NCBI RefSeq assembly: GCF_902713615.1
Contig: NC_052146.1
Span: forward strand, 70,947,238-71,011,237
DNA from: Scyliorhinus canicula
Lineage: Eukaryota
DNA length: 64,000 bases
Reading direction: 5' to 3'
Shown here: positions 13,101-24,824 of the stretch, piece by piece
Layout: each line of letters starts with the position of its first letter
How positions within the stretch are numbered: position 1 is the first letter of the stretch
Made by a program: the position numbers and the translations under genes
Notes under the pieces: model-generated
The model's input: only the letters and a program-made list of their open reading frames with translations
Databases searched by the model: none
Told to the model about the DNA's origin: nothing

Positions 13101-13329
13101 TACTCCTACTTATTTTTTTATTTGTTCATGGGATGTGGACATTGCTGGTTGGGCTAGCATCTATTGCCCATCCCTGAGTGCATTTAAGAGTCAACCACAT
13201 TGCTCTGGATCTGGAGTCACATGCAGACCAGACCAGATAGGGATGACAGATTTCCTTCTCTGAAGGACACAATGAACTAGATGGGTTTTGTTTTATGTCA
13301 ATTGGCAATGGTTTCATTGTCATCTCATT

Positions 13330-14040
13330 TTAGGAAGGATGTGGAAGCTTTGGAAAAGGTGCAAAGGAGATTTACCAGGATGTTGCCTGGAATGGAGAGT
13401 AGGTCTTACGAGGAAAGTTTGAGGGTGCTGGGCCTTTTCTCATTAGAACGGAGAAGGATGAGGGGCGACCTGATAGAGGTTTTCAAGATGATCAGGGGAA
13501 TAGAGTAGACAGTCAGAGACTTTTTCCCCGGGTGGAACAAACCATTACAAGGGGACATAAATTTAAGGTAAATGGTGGAAGATATAGGGGGGATGTCAGA
13601 GGTAGGTTCTTTACCCAGAGAGTAGCGGGGGCATGGAATGCACTGCCTGTGGAAGTAGTTGTGTCGGAAACGTTCGGGACCTTCAAGCGGCAATTGGATA
13701 GGTGTGGTGAATATAATATAGATGTATATATGTTAATTCACACTGTCTTTGTAAGCGCAGTAGCGCTACCCTACCACTAGGGGGAGTAGCGCTGGGAGCA
13801 CTCAGGAACTTGTACTGGGCTCCACCCTTGGCTCCGCCCATGACTCCTCCCCTAGTGCAGCTGTATAAATACCCCTTGTCCAGAGTCAGCCTGGGTCACT
13901 ACGAGTTAATCGACAGGTAACAGGTTGGCTCTGAAGTAAGTCGATTAAAGCCTAGATTGACATCGGAAACACGTGTCTGGTGAATTGATGGTTCCATCAA
14001 TAGGTACATCGATTATCGTAGAATAATGGAGTGTAGATTC
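13330..14040 (+). mobile_element. 5'-truncated CR1 3' fragment interrupted by a solo LTR
   Basis: RKDVEALEKVQRRFTRMLPG..., FFTQRVAGAWNALP. The 3' UTR resumes after 13999. Confidence 0.85.
13703..13999 (+). mobile_element. Solo LTR (297 bp)
   Basis: TG...CA ends, a perfect 5-bp TSD ATAGG (13698-13702, 14000-14004), and internal TATAAATA and ATTAAA. Confidence 0.85.
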
Positions 14041-14052
14041 ATTTCTTCTTAA

Positions 14053-14346
14053 GGGCAGCACAGTAGCATTGTGGATAGCACAATTGCTTCACAGCTCCAG
14101 GGTCCCAGGTTAGTTTCCCGGCTTGGGTCACTGTCTGTGTGGAGTCTGCACATCCTCCCACGTGTGCGTGGGTTTCCTTCGGGTGCTGCGGTTTCCTCCC
14201 ACAGTCCAAAGATTTGCAGGTTAGGTGGATTGGCCATGATAAATTCCCCTTAGTGTCCAAAATTCTATGATCAACCTAGGACAAAAGTTCGGCACCACAT
14301 CATGGGCCAAAGGGCCTGTTCTGTGCTGTATTTCTCGATGTTCTAT
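14053..14346 (+). mobile_element. tRNA-derived SINE
   Basis: GGGCAGCACAGTAGC head, conserved core, TTCTAT tail. Confidence 0.88.
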
Positions 14347-14420
14347 CAAGTATTGAGTTCAAATTTCACCATCTGCCATGATGGGGTTTGAGCCGGGCTA
14401 CCCAAGCATTTCCCTTGGTC

Positions 14421-14551
14421 AAAGCAAATTACTGTGGATGCTGGAATCTGAAACCAAAGAGAAAATGCTGGAAAATCTCAGCAGGTCTGGCAGCATCTGA
14501 CAGGAGAGAAAAGAGCTAACGTTTCGAGGCCAATTACTCTTTGTCAAAGCT
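14421..14551 (-). repeat. Penelope-type pLTR-like fragment, second copy
   Basis: Near-identical to 11825-11958. Confidence 0.65.
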
Positions 14552-14749
14552 CAGTTCTTTGGATTACTAGTTCAGTGACAATACCACAACACCCAGGCTT
14601 CCTAGTTCTAATGTTCTTATGTTTTTTTTAATAGTGTACCCAATTTTTCCCAATTAGGGGCAATTTAGAGTGGCCAGTTGTTCACCTACCCTGCACATCT
14701 TTTTGGGTTGTGGGAGTGAGACCCCAGCAGACATGGAGAGATTATGTTC

Positions 14750-16010
14750 ATACACACCCTATGAAACTTCCTTACCCAATATACTAGTGACAAGCCTTCT
14801 TTATCCACCTGAGTGAAGCCTTTGTCAGCTTCTGTGAGAGTTCTCAAGACATGCCCTATAAGTCTTTCAGATCCACCACCCACCTCATGAGACAACAGTG
14901 CACCAATGTCATATGGAGAGAAGTTATAGGTAAACACCAATTTCTTGGACGGGTCTAATTGTACCAATGGTCTCGAAGTATCGATTTGGGCGACATGCTG
15001 GCACTATGTATATCACTGCTGCCTCACAGCACCAGGAATCGGGGTGCAATTCTGACGTTGGGTGGCTGTCTGTGTGGAGGTGGCATCCTTCCCTGTATCT
15101 GTGTGTGTTTCATCTGGGTGCTCCGGTGTCCTCCCACAGTCCAACGATGTTCAGCTTAGGTGGATTGGCCATGATAAAATTGCCCCTTAGTGTCCAGGGA
15201 CGTGCAGTTTAGATGGCGTTGTGGGGTTAGGGTCGGAAGTGGGCCTACGTGGGCTGCTTATTCAGAGGGTCAGAGCAGACTCGATGAGCTGAATGGCTCC
15301 TCTGAACACCAGGGATTATATTGTTCTATGGTTCTATGAATGTCTCAACTACATTACTCCATTAAACGTTTCAACCTTGGCCGCCTTCCAAACCCAACCC
15401 TGGCTTTTTCAGCAGCGTATGGACATATTTGGTAGAAAACTCGCATTTTAATTTACCATTCCTAAGCATTACTTCATCTTAGACGTGTTTCTGGGGTCGA
15501 ATGCTTCCTTTATTGTCCTGAACGTGTCTTCTATGGGTTGCAAATAGTGTGCATCTGCCTGATACCCCAGATAGGCGACTTCAGTGGCTTGAAATGCATA
15601 TTCTTTCCTTTCTGGGGCGTACTACAGCCTCTTGAAATGTTTTCCACGCTTTCTCTAAGATAGCTAAGTGTTCAGCTTCTAATTATCCAGTTATTAAAAT
15701 GTCATCCAGATAGACTACATCTCGTGGCAAATATTACAATAGACCTCCCATTATTCTCTGGAAAAATAGCTCATGCCGACAAAACACTAAAAGATAAGTG
15801 GGGTACACTGTTTTTGTTGTATAACCTCAGGAAACCTCGTCTAACTCAAGTTGCTGATATGCTCATATCTAGCTTTGTAAGCGACTGACCTCCAGCTTGC
15901 TATGCATAGAAGTCTTCACTTTTGTGTATTGTATACTTAGCTAACTTAACAGCCTGATTAACTTAATTTGTAGTTTCCAGAGATAGGGGCAGTCTTGTCT
16001 GGTTTTATCA
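14750..16010 (-). pseudogene. Gypsy RT-RNase H remnant, interrupted by a SINE at 14988-15338
   Basis: Minus strand AIFQRIM...VVYLDDILITG (~15690-15770) and RNase H-like SPYDIGALLSH...ERLIG...VDKEGLSLVY. Confidence 0.75.
14988..15338 (+). mobile_element. Diverged tRNA-derived SINE
   Basis: Head, core and GTTCTATG tail are recognisable. Confidence 0.75.
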
Positions 16011-16019
16011 TGGGGACTT

Positions 16020-16660
16020 AGGATACATAGAAACATACATTGAAAATAAAAGCAAGAGGAGGCCATTCGGCTCTTCGAGCCTGCTCCACCATTCATTATG
16101 GTCATGGCTGATCACCAAGGTCAGTACTCTGATCCAACCTTCCACCCTTTAGACCCTTTAGCCCCAAGAGCTATATCTTTTTTTTTAAATTACACAACCT
16201 TTTGACCGCAATTAAATTCTGTGGTAGTGAATTCCACAGATTCCCCATTCTCTTGGTGAAGAAAGTTTTCCTCACCTCAGTCTTAAAGGTTTTTCCCTAA
16301 CCCATAAACTTTAACCCTTAGTTCTGCCCCCCCAACCCCCACCCCCCTCACCACCACCACCACCGGGAACATTCTTTCTGAATCTACTCTGTCTCATCTT
16401 GTTAACATTTTGTAACTCTCATTCTTCTAAACTCCAATTAATATAATCCTAGCTGACTAGTCTCTCTTTATATCACAGTCTTGCCATCCCAGTAATCAGC
16501 TTGGTAAACCGTCCCTGAACTCTCTCCATTGCAAGAACATCCTTACTCTGATAACAACACCAAAACTGCACACGATGCTCTAGGTGTGGCCTCATCAATG
16601 CCCTATACAATTCTGACTCACACTGCGAATTGGCTGGATAATATCTAGTTCCTCTATTTT
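16020..16660 (-). mobile_element. Degraded CR1 3' fragment
   Basis: LYRALMRPHLEHRVQFW...RVQGRFTKLI plus the CR1 tail. Confidence 0.7.
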
Positions 16661-18114
16661 TTTGAACTCTAAGTCCAACCTTTCTAGCAAGGTGTATGGT
16701 AAAGGAATATTTATTGCTCTTGGTGCCTACGAGTATGGACTGCTTGACATCCGGTGGTGGCCATGGAGTGAGTGACCGCATATTTGATGGCACCCGCTCG
16801 AGGTGTTTTTTATCAGTCTTCCCCACCCGAATTGTGCAGTGTCTGAGGGCAAATGGTGCACGAGTGCCCAGGGAATGTTATACTCCTTTGGTGGGGCTCG
16901 TGTATGGCTCATCGGGTGAGAAGTGCCACGAGGAAGAGACAGCAACTGGAGCAAGAAGGTTTTCGTGGTGCGACCCAGGAGAGCAAAGGGGCAGTGCTTC
17001 CCGGCCAGTTGTCGATGGAGCATTTGGCGAAATTCCTCAATGGCAAATCTCAACAGCAGAGCAAGGAGGCCTCAGGCGACGTGACCAAGCGGTAAAGCCA
17101 CATAGGGCGGTAATCGAGCAGGTGGAGCAGAGACAGGAAGTGCAGGGTCTGGTGATCTAAAAGGCGGAGGAATCGGTGGTGGAGAATGAGGATCGGTTGA
17201 CCTCGCTGGGGATGGAGATGGGGATGGTGATGAGCAACCAGAAAATGCTGAGGGGGAAGCTGGAGGATTTTGAGTACCGAGGATTTTCAGGAGGCAAAAT
17301 CTGCAGATCATGGGGATGCCCAAAGGCATTGAATGTGCGGATGCCGGCAAGTATGTGGCGAGCATGCTGGAGAAGTTGATGGGGGAAGGGGCCTTTGGCC
17401 TGCCTCTCGAGGTGGATCGAGCACACAGGGTGCTGAGGAGGAGGCTGCAAGCTGGGGGAACCACCGAGGGCGATGGTGGTGAGGCTGCATCGGATGTTGG
17501 ATAAGCAAATTATCTTTAGCTGGGTAGGGCAGACCAAGAAGTATACCTGTGAAGAGAGTGATCTGAGGATTTACCAGGACCTGGTGAGGAGCTAGGCAAC
17601 AAAAGGGCTGGGTATAACTGGATAAAGGCCACCCTCTACAAGAAGGGGGTGAAGTTTGGAGTTTTGTACACCGCCCGCTTGGGGGTGACACAGCAAAAGC
17701 AATAATTTCATTCTCACTCGCTGGAGAAGGCTATAAACTTTATGAGTAAACATGGACTGGGAGGAGTGTGAGAACTTTGAACTGTAGAGAGCCACATTGT
17801 GGGGCACATTGGGTGGGTGGCTTGGGACAGAGTACAACGGCAGAGCGGTGATGGTGAGTGTGTCTTCTGTTTGGTTTTTTTGCTGATAGTTGGGAGGGAT
17901 GGGGGAAGATGTCGGCGGTGGCTAGGGAGCTGAGGGGATTCATGGATCGTTTGATGGGTATGGACCTGTGGAGGTTTGGGAGGCCAAAGGCAAAGGAGTT
18001 CTCATACTTTTCACATACTCCCAGATCGATACCTTTGAGGTAATTTGGCCAGTTTTCAGGGTATAAATTGAACATGGAGAAGAGCAAGGCGATCCCGATT
18101 AATGCTAAAGGGCA

Positions 18115-20010
18115 CAGTAAGAAGTCTTACAACACCAGGTTAAAGTCCAACAGGTTTGTTTCAAACACGAGCTTTCGGAGCACGGCTCCTTCTTCAGGTG
18201 AATGGAAAGGCTTGTTCCAGAAATGTTTATATAGACACAGTCAGAGATGCCCCGGAATGCGAGCACCTGCAGGCAATCAAATCATCAAAGATGCAGAGAG
18301 AGAGGTAACTCCAGGTTAAAGAGGTGTGAATTGTCCCAAGCCAGTTCAGTCGGTAGGCCTCTGCAAGTCCAGGCTTGTTGGTGGGGGCCGAATGTAATGC
18401 GACATGAATCCCAGATCCCGGTTGAGTCCGCATTCATGCGTGCGGAACTTAGCTATAAGTTTTTGCTCAGCAATTTTGCGTTGTCGCGTCTCCTGAAGGC
18501 CTCCTTGTAGAATGCTGACCCGGAGATCAGAGGCTGAATGTCCTTGACTGCTGAAGTGTTCCCCAACTGGAAGGGAACAGTCCTGCCTGTTGATAGTCGC
18601 ACGATGCCCGTTTATTCGTTGTCGCAGTGTCTGCATGGTCTCGCCAATGTACCACGCTTCGGGACATCCTTTCCTGCAGCGTATGAGGTAGACTACATTG
18701 GTCGAGTCGCACGAGTATGCGCCGCGTACCTGGTGGGTGGTGTTTCCACGTGTAATGGTGGTGTCCATGTCGATGATCTGGCATGTCTTGCAGAGATTAC
18801 CCTGGCAGGGTTTTGTGGTGTTGTGGTTGCTGTTCTGAAGGCTGGGTAATTTGCTGCAAACAATGGTTTGTTTGAGGTTGCGCGGTTGTTTGAAGGCCAG
18901 TAGTGGGGGTGTGGGGATGACCTTGGCAAGATGTCCATCCTCGCTGATGATGTGTTGGAGGCTGCGAAGAAGATGTCGTAGTTTCTCCGCCCCAGGAAAG
19001 TACTGGACGACGAAGGGTACTCTGTCAGTGGTGTCCCGTGTTTGTCTTCTGAGGGACACCACTGACAGAGTACCCTTCGTCGTCCAGTACTTTCCTGGGG
19101 CGGAGAAACTACGACATCTTCTTCGCAGCCTCCAACACATCATCAGCGAGGATGGACATCTTGCCAAGGTCATCCCCACACCCCCACTACTGGCCTTCAA
19201 ACAACCGCGCAACCTCAAACAAACCATTGTTTGCAGCAAATTACCCAGCCTTCAGAACAGCAACCACAACACCACAAAACCCTGCCAGGGTAATCTCTGC
19301 AAGACATGCCAGATCATCGACATGGACACCACCATTACACGTGGAAACACCACCCACCAGGTACGCGGCGCATACTCGTGCGACTCGACCAATGTAGTCT
19401 ACCTCATACGCTGCAGGAAAGGATGTCCCGAAGCGTGGTACATTGGCGAGACCATGCAGACACTGCGACAACGAATAAACGGGCATCGTGCGACTATCAA
19501 CAGGCAGGACTGTTCCCTTCCAGTTGGGGAACACTTCAGCAGTCAAGGACATTCAGCCTCTGATCTCCGGGTCAGCATTCTACAAGGAGGCCTTCAGGAG
19601 ACGCGACAACGCAAAATTGCTGAGCAAAAACTTATAGCTAAGTTCCGCACGCATGAATGCGGACTCAACCGGGATCTGGGATTCATGTCGCATTACATTC
19701 GGCCCCCACCAACAAGCCTGGACTTGCAGAGGCCTACCGACTGAACTGGCTTGGGACAATTCACACCTCTTTAACCTGGAGTTACCTCTCTCTCTGCATC
19801 TTTGATGATTTGATTGCCTGCAGGTGCTCGCATTCCGGGGCATCTCTGACTGTGTCTATATAAACATTTCTGGAACAAGCCTTTCCATTCACCTGAAGAA
19901 GGAGCCGTGCTCCGAAAGCTCGTGTTTGAAACAAACCTGTTGGACTTTAACCTGGTGTTGTAAGACTTCTTACTGTGCTCACCCCAGTCCAACGCCGGCA
20001 TCTCCACATC
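18115..20010. mobile_element. Penelope-like element (PLE) 3' portion (GIY-YIG endonuclease plus pLTR) as a fold-back inverted duplication
   Basis: Arms 18112-19037 and 19053-19978 (926 bp each) are reverse complements with a 15-bp spacer. TSD AATGCTAAAGGGCA (18101-18114, 20011-20024). The protein has NVVYLIRC...WYIGET. Confidence 0.93.
19890..19924 (+). ncRNA. Minimal type I hammerhead ribozyme motif in the Penelope pLTR (mirror copy 18166-18200 on -)
   Basis: CAC-CTGAAGA-A-GGAGC-cgt-GCTCC-GAAAGCTC-GTG: catalytic core, 5-bp stem II, palindromic AGCT stem III, 3-bp stem I. Confidence 0.7.
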
Positions 20011-21849
20011 AATGCTAAAGGGCAGGAGAGGAGGTTGGAGATTTGCCGTTGCAGGTGGTGGGGCGGGTTTTCGGTCTTCAGGAATCCAGGAAGCACAAAT
20101 TTGGGTGTAGCTACATAAATTGAACTTGGCTGGTGGAGGGAAGGATGGCGGATTTCAAAAGGTGTGATGTGTTGCACTGTTACTGGCTGGGCGCATGCAG
20201 ACAGTTAAACTGCCGGTGCTTCCCCGTGTCTGCATGTGTTCCACCCCCACAACCCAAATATGTTTAGGGTAGGTGGATTGTCCAATCGCAATTGCCCCTT
20301 TATTGGAAAAAAATTGGGTACACAATTTCTTTTTAAATGCCAGGGCTGCCCAGGTTCTTGTTCATGTTCCAGACCCTCTCCATATTTGGCCTAAGTCAAT
20401 TTTTATGAAGGTAAATAGGATAATTGCAAGGTGTACCTGGATGGGGAAAAGCCCACGGGTGAGGAGAGTGTTTTTGGAGATGGGAGAGAGGGGTGGTGTC
20501 TCACGTTGCCAAGTCTGATTAATAATTTTTAGGTGGCGAACATCGCAGTGATGGGGAAATGGGAAGTAGAGGAGGGGTTGGTTTGGGGGCAGATGGAGTC
20601 TGCATCATGTGGGGGACGAGTTTGAGGGCACTGTTGTTGGCACCCCTTCCGTTTTTGCTGGTCAGGTACTTTGGGAGCCCAGTGGTGGTTTCAGCTTTGT
20701 GAGTTGGAGCCAGTACAGGCAACATTTCGGGTTAGAGAGCATGTTGTTGTGCGTGCTGATATGTGGCAATCACATGTTTGTCCTGGCTGGACTGGATGCG
20801 AGGTTCCGGGGGTGACGGCAGATGGGAATAGAGTACTTTAGGGTGTTGTCTATCGAGGGCATGTTTGCAAGTCTGGAGGAGTTGGAGGAAATGTATGAGC
20901 ATGTGAGATACCTGTACGTGAGGGAGTTCATGGGGAGAGAGGTGCCATTCCTTCCCTGGGATGCTGCCTCCGGTGTTGTAAGACAAACAGTTGTCGGAGG
21001 ATGATATTGGAGAGGAGAGAGTGTTGTACATTTACAGCAAGTTGATGGAGAGGGAGGGCGCAACGGTGGAGGAGATCAGGCATAAATGGGAGGAGGGATT
21101 GGACGGGGAGCTGCGGGAAGGGACATGGGAAGGCCCTGCGGAGGGTGAATGTGTGTTCGTCCTGTGCAATATTGAGCCTCATCCAGTTTAACGTGGTGCA
21201 CAAGGGTCACATGATAGTTGCGAGGATGAGCCGTCGTTTTTGCAGAGATGGAGAAGTGTAGGCAGTACAAACCATGCCCATATATTCTGGGAGTGTCCGA
21301 GATTGAGGGGGCTCTGGTGGGTCTTCTCGAATGTGATGTCCGAGATTCTGGATGTGGGGGTGTCCCCGGATCTGGAGAGGCGATATTTGCCGGGTCGGAA
21401 AATCTAGGAGCCCAGGGAGGAAGCCAAGTCGATGTACTGGACTTTGTCTCCATGATAACCCGGAGACGGATCTTGTTGTGCTGGACTCGGAGCCGCTGAA
21501 GGCTGGGGAATGATGAATGAACTGGCAGAATTCCTGCCTTTGGAGAAAGTCAAGATCACATTGCAGGGGTCGGAGGAGGGGTTCACTCAGAGTTGGAGAC
21601 CATTCATTGATTTCGTCACGGTGAATTAAGGGGCCAACGCGTCGTGGCGGGGCGACCGTGCAGGGGACTGGGAGGAGGGGGAGATAAAGGGGAAAATTAG
21701 GAAGGCGAGGTGTGTGGGAATGTTGGTATCGGGGGTGGTGTGCCTTGTCTTTTCTGTTCATGTTGATGATTGGTCTTCTAATATTTTCATGTACATATGT
21801 AAAATGCCTTTTATAAAAGTATTTTTTGAAAAAAAACGTATGGACTGCT

Positions 21850-22620
21850 TGATCACCTGAGGAGGTATCAATAGGAATAAACGCTATGCAATCATCAGCG
21901 ATCATCCCACTTCTAACCTTGTAATGGAGAAACGATCATTAATGAATGAATGGAAGATGATTGGGTCAACATCACTTGTCCTGGTAAACGCCTGTAACAG
22001 TGTCTGGGGCCGAGATAATTGTCCAGCAACAACCACAGTTGTTTTCCTTTGTGCTAAGTGTGGACACAAGCTCTGAGGGAGTTCTCCTGGTTGCCTTTGT
22101 CATCGATTTTGTAGGAATGCGAACGTGTCCAAGTGTTGCTCTACTAGCCTGTGGGGCAGCCCTCTGGCGTTGGTCCCACACTACATTTTTTATTTAATGT
22201 AACTTAGCACATTTATTGATGATGCAAAGCTTGACGGAAATGAAAGCTGTGAGGAGGACACAAAGAGGCTGCAAAGGAGCGGTTAAGTAAGTGGTCAAGA
22301 AAATGCCAGATGGAAAATAATGTTGACCGATATGAGGTTTGGTAGGAAGAATAAGAAATCAGAATATTAAAATAGCATGAAACTCTGAATACCAATGGTC
22401 AGCGCCACTTAAGTATATTAGTACATGGAATACGATGTTAGCATGCAGGCACAGAGGCATAGCTGGGATCACCGGATTCTCCCATGATGAGAAGCTGAGC
22501 AAAATGGCTCTGTGCTTTCTGGAGTGTTAAAGAATGAAAGCTAATCTGACTGAAAAATAGAGGATTCTGAGATGGTTTAACATGACACTGACACTTGCCC
22601 TCCTAGCAGAAATCGGAAAA
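21850..22620. mobile_element. Old CR1/L2-type RT fragments (minus at ~21850-22150, plus at ~22200-22620)
   Basis: Degenerate GVPQGSVLGP...FADDC motif on minus; DDAKL...DTKRLQ on plus. Confidence 0.55.
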
Positions 22621-24824
22621 TCGGGAAACGAGGTGGGGAGGTTTTCAGACTTTATTTTAACATCAATACTCATTTATTTAAAACGTTGAGGCTGTTAATG
22701 CAAAAAAAGTTTATCTTTAAAACAGCAAACCTTTTGCAACTTGATTCATTAGTTTCGTGTTATTAAATGAACATATTACAATGACTACAGCTGTTTTAGA
22801 ACTGTATGTAGGTAAATAGAATTATAAATCTGACTAAATAACAAAGAATAAACATAAAAACTGAATTAAACTCGAGCATTGAACGGCCAAATGGGACGGT
22901 ACATTTAGTAAGCAATAAATGACACAACAGAAAAGAAGTTACGACAGAAACATCACACGGCCGCCTCTGCCTGTGAGCGGTTGTCACAAAGAGGGCGAGC
23001 GCTATTGATCCGTTGGAAGTTAGGAACGAATTCATTCTGTATCTTCCCTGTATCCATGACCTGGTCGCCTAGATGTCAGAGGCATGACCAGCAGCACATA
23101 AAGCGGCGCGGGTGTGCAGCTGGGTTGAAGCGGCACCCGCGCTAGGCTCATTTACTGGCTCATGTACGTGCATGAAAACAGAAAAAATGGAAACACTCCG
23201 CAGGATTTGAATGGCTTTGCTGGAAAAAAACGGATTTGATTCCTCGCGTCATGCCTCAAAATGTTCAACTATAGTTGGATTAAGTTAAAAACGCCCAAAT
23301 GTCTATAATTTTCTGCACACATTACATAATTAAATTATTCGACTGACACCGTTCCCTGTTAGCCTAAACTGTTTAAATTCTCAAAATCTGTCTGAAGTCT
23401 TTCGTTTGTTAATCAATTAACTTCAACAACCTGAACGTTTAAGGTGAACACGACTGTTACCGTACACACATGGATTGCACGCCCCTCTACACCATTGAAT
23501 GATATTCCTCCAGCGCAGAGTAGTCCACTCTGTGAGGATGAAGATTAGACATAACAGTTGATGGTAAGGTCAGAACTTTCTCCAAGCAATACATTTCACG
23601 ACACCTTACTAAAATGATTTCATGAACTTTTAAAATCTCAAAGTATGATTTAAATGTGAAGAAAATACTATAGATTCACGCACATACAATGGTAGAGCGC
23701 CCAAATCGTTGAAATAATTTTACGGCTCTCATATTTCACGCGGCGATTTGTAATCACTCCCTGTGGTACTTTCATCCAAATTGAGGTGCTGATTTTCCTT
23801 CGGCGATTTCATTTTTGTTTTATCGATTACGCGCAGATCTCTCGCTTTTAGTTCAGTAACGAGAATTTTGAAGTCTGCATCCATTACGTTATTATGGCAT
23901 TTTTTCTTCTCATTCAGATTCTGCGCTGCCATCAATTAAATTTGTGATTTCTACTAGGCGATGGGAACAATATTGAAATTTGATTTTTCCTGTTAATCTT
24001 ATTGTACATTATTTCCTAATCGAACTCAACGCTTTCCCAAGTTTCCTCATATAAAAGAAAGGTTATGCGACCTCATAAGAGCAACAAAGAATTTAAAACA
24101 ACAAGTATTGGTTCTTGAAATGCGGCGCGGGTGCTTCTGCGCCTCCCCAGTACTCCTGGTGCTTGCCTGCGTTGACGGCTGAATCCTGCAGCAGGGAAAG
24201 AGCACCCTAAACCCCCCAATGGAAAAAGCGAAGACAGCAGCTTCAATGGTGCCCAGCGGCATGAGAGAGTTGACTGGACAACGTGGGCCAAAAGAAAGAA
24301 AACAACTCCAGGTGCACAGTGCCGTGATGTCATCAAGCAGCTCACGGAGTAAATTCCAAAACTGTATTCTCACAGATAGTAAAATAAGTTTTAAAAAAAC
24401 AATGAACTGTTTCATGTTTAAAGTTATATTTTGCACGGAGCGAAATAAATCATTACGCCATATACACGGGACAAAAGTAGACGCTGAAATATCATAAACA
24501 AGCTCTGAATAAAATACCATATCAAAATGACGTGATTTTTCACCCTAATGATTACATTTGATATTCCTAGTATTTCATCACCGGGAGTATTCATCACAAG
24601 GAGTGTAGACTCCAGAGGTTACTGTCAGTTTCAGAGGAGCGATGACGTCAAACGTCGAATGCGTCACTGGCAATCGGACCGGAAATATCCTAGCCACTAC
24701 CTAGTTCCCTTTAAAGTCATAAAAACAGAAATGCAGTCCCTCCTCTGGCTTCCCACTTCCAGTCAGAGCAAACACAATTTGCATAATTATTGCACATTAT
24801 CCCATTTCCCTACCACCTGATCGT

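Larger units (their letters stand above)
16746..21838 (+). mobile_element. Old, internally deleted L1-clade LINE (ORF1 and ORF2 remnants, poly(A)), interrupted by the Penelope palindrome
   Basis: The 5' end and ORF1 remnants resemble 34215-35211 (LEVDRAHRVL, IYQD). ORF2 remnants include SGYKLNMEKS and IIARCTWMGKSPRVRR. A-run at ~21829-21837. Confidence 0.75.

Noticed and set aside
18346-19744. Two 297-aa ORFs on opposite strands that look like two genes
   Set aside because: They are mirror images from the palindrome. The real coding part is only the Penelope C-terminus, and the N-terminal half of each is antisense sequence.
24314-24320. CACAGTG heptamer suggesting an RSS
   Set aside because: No nonamer at 12- or 23-bp spacing and no adjacent V or J. 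I found no convincing RSS near the IgL gene.
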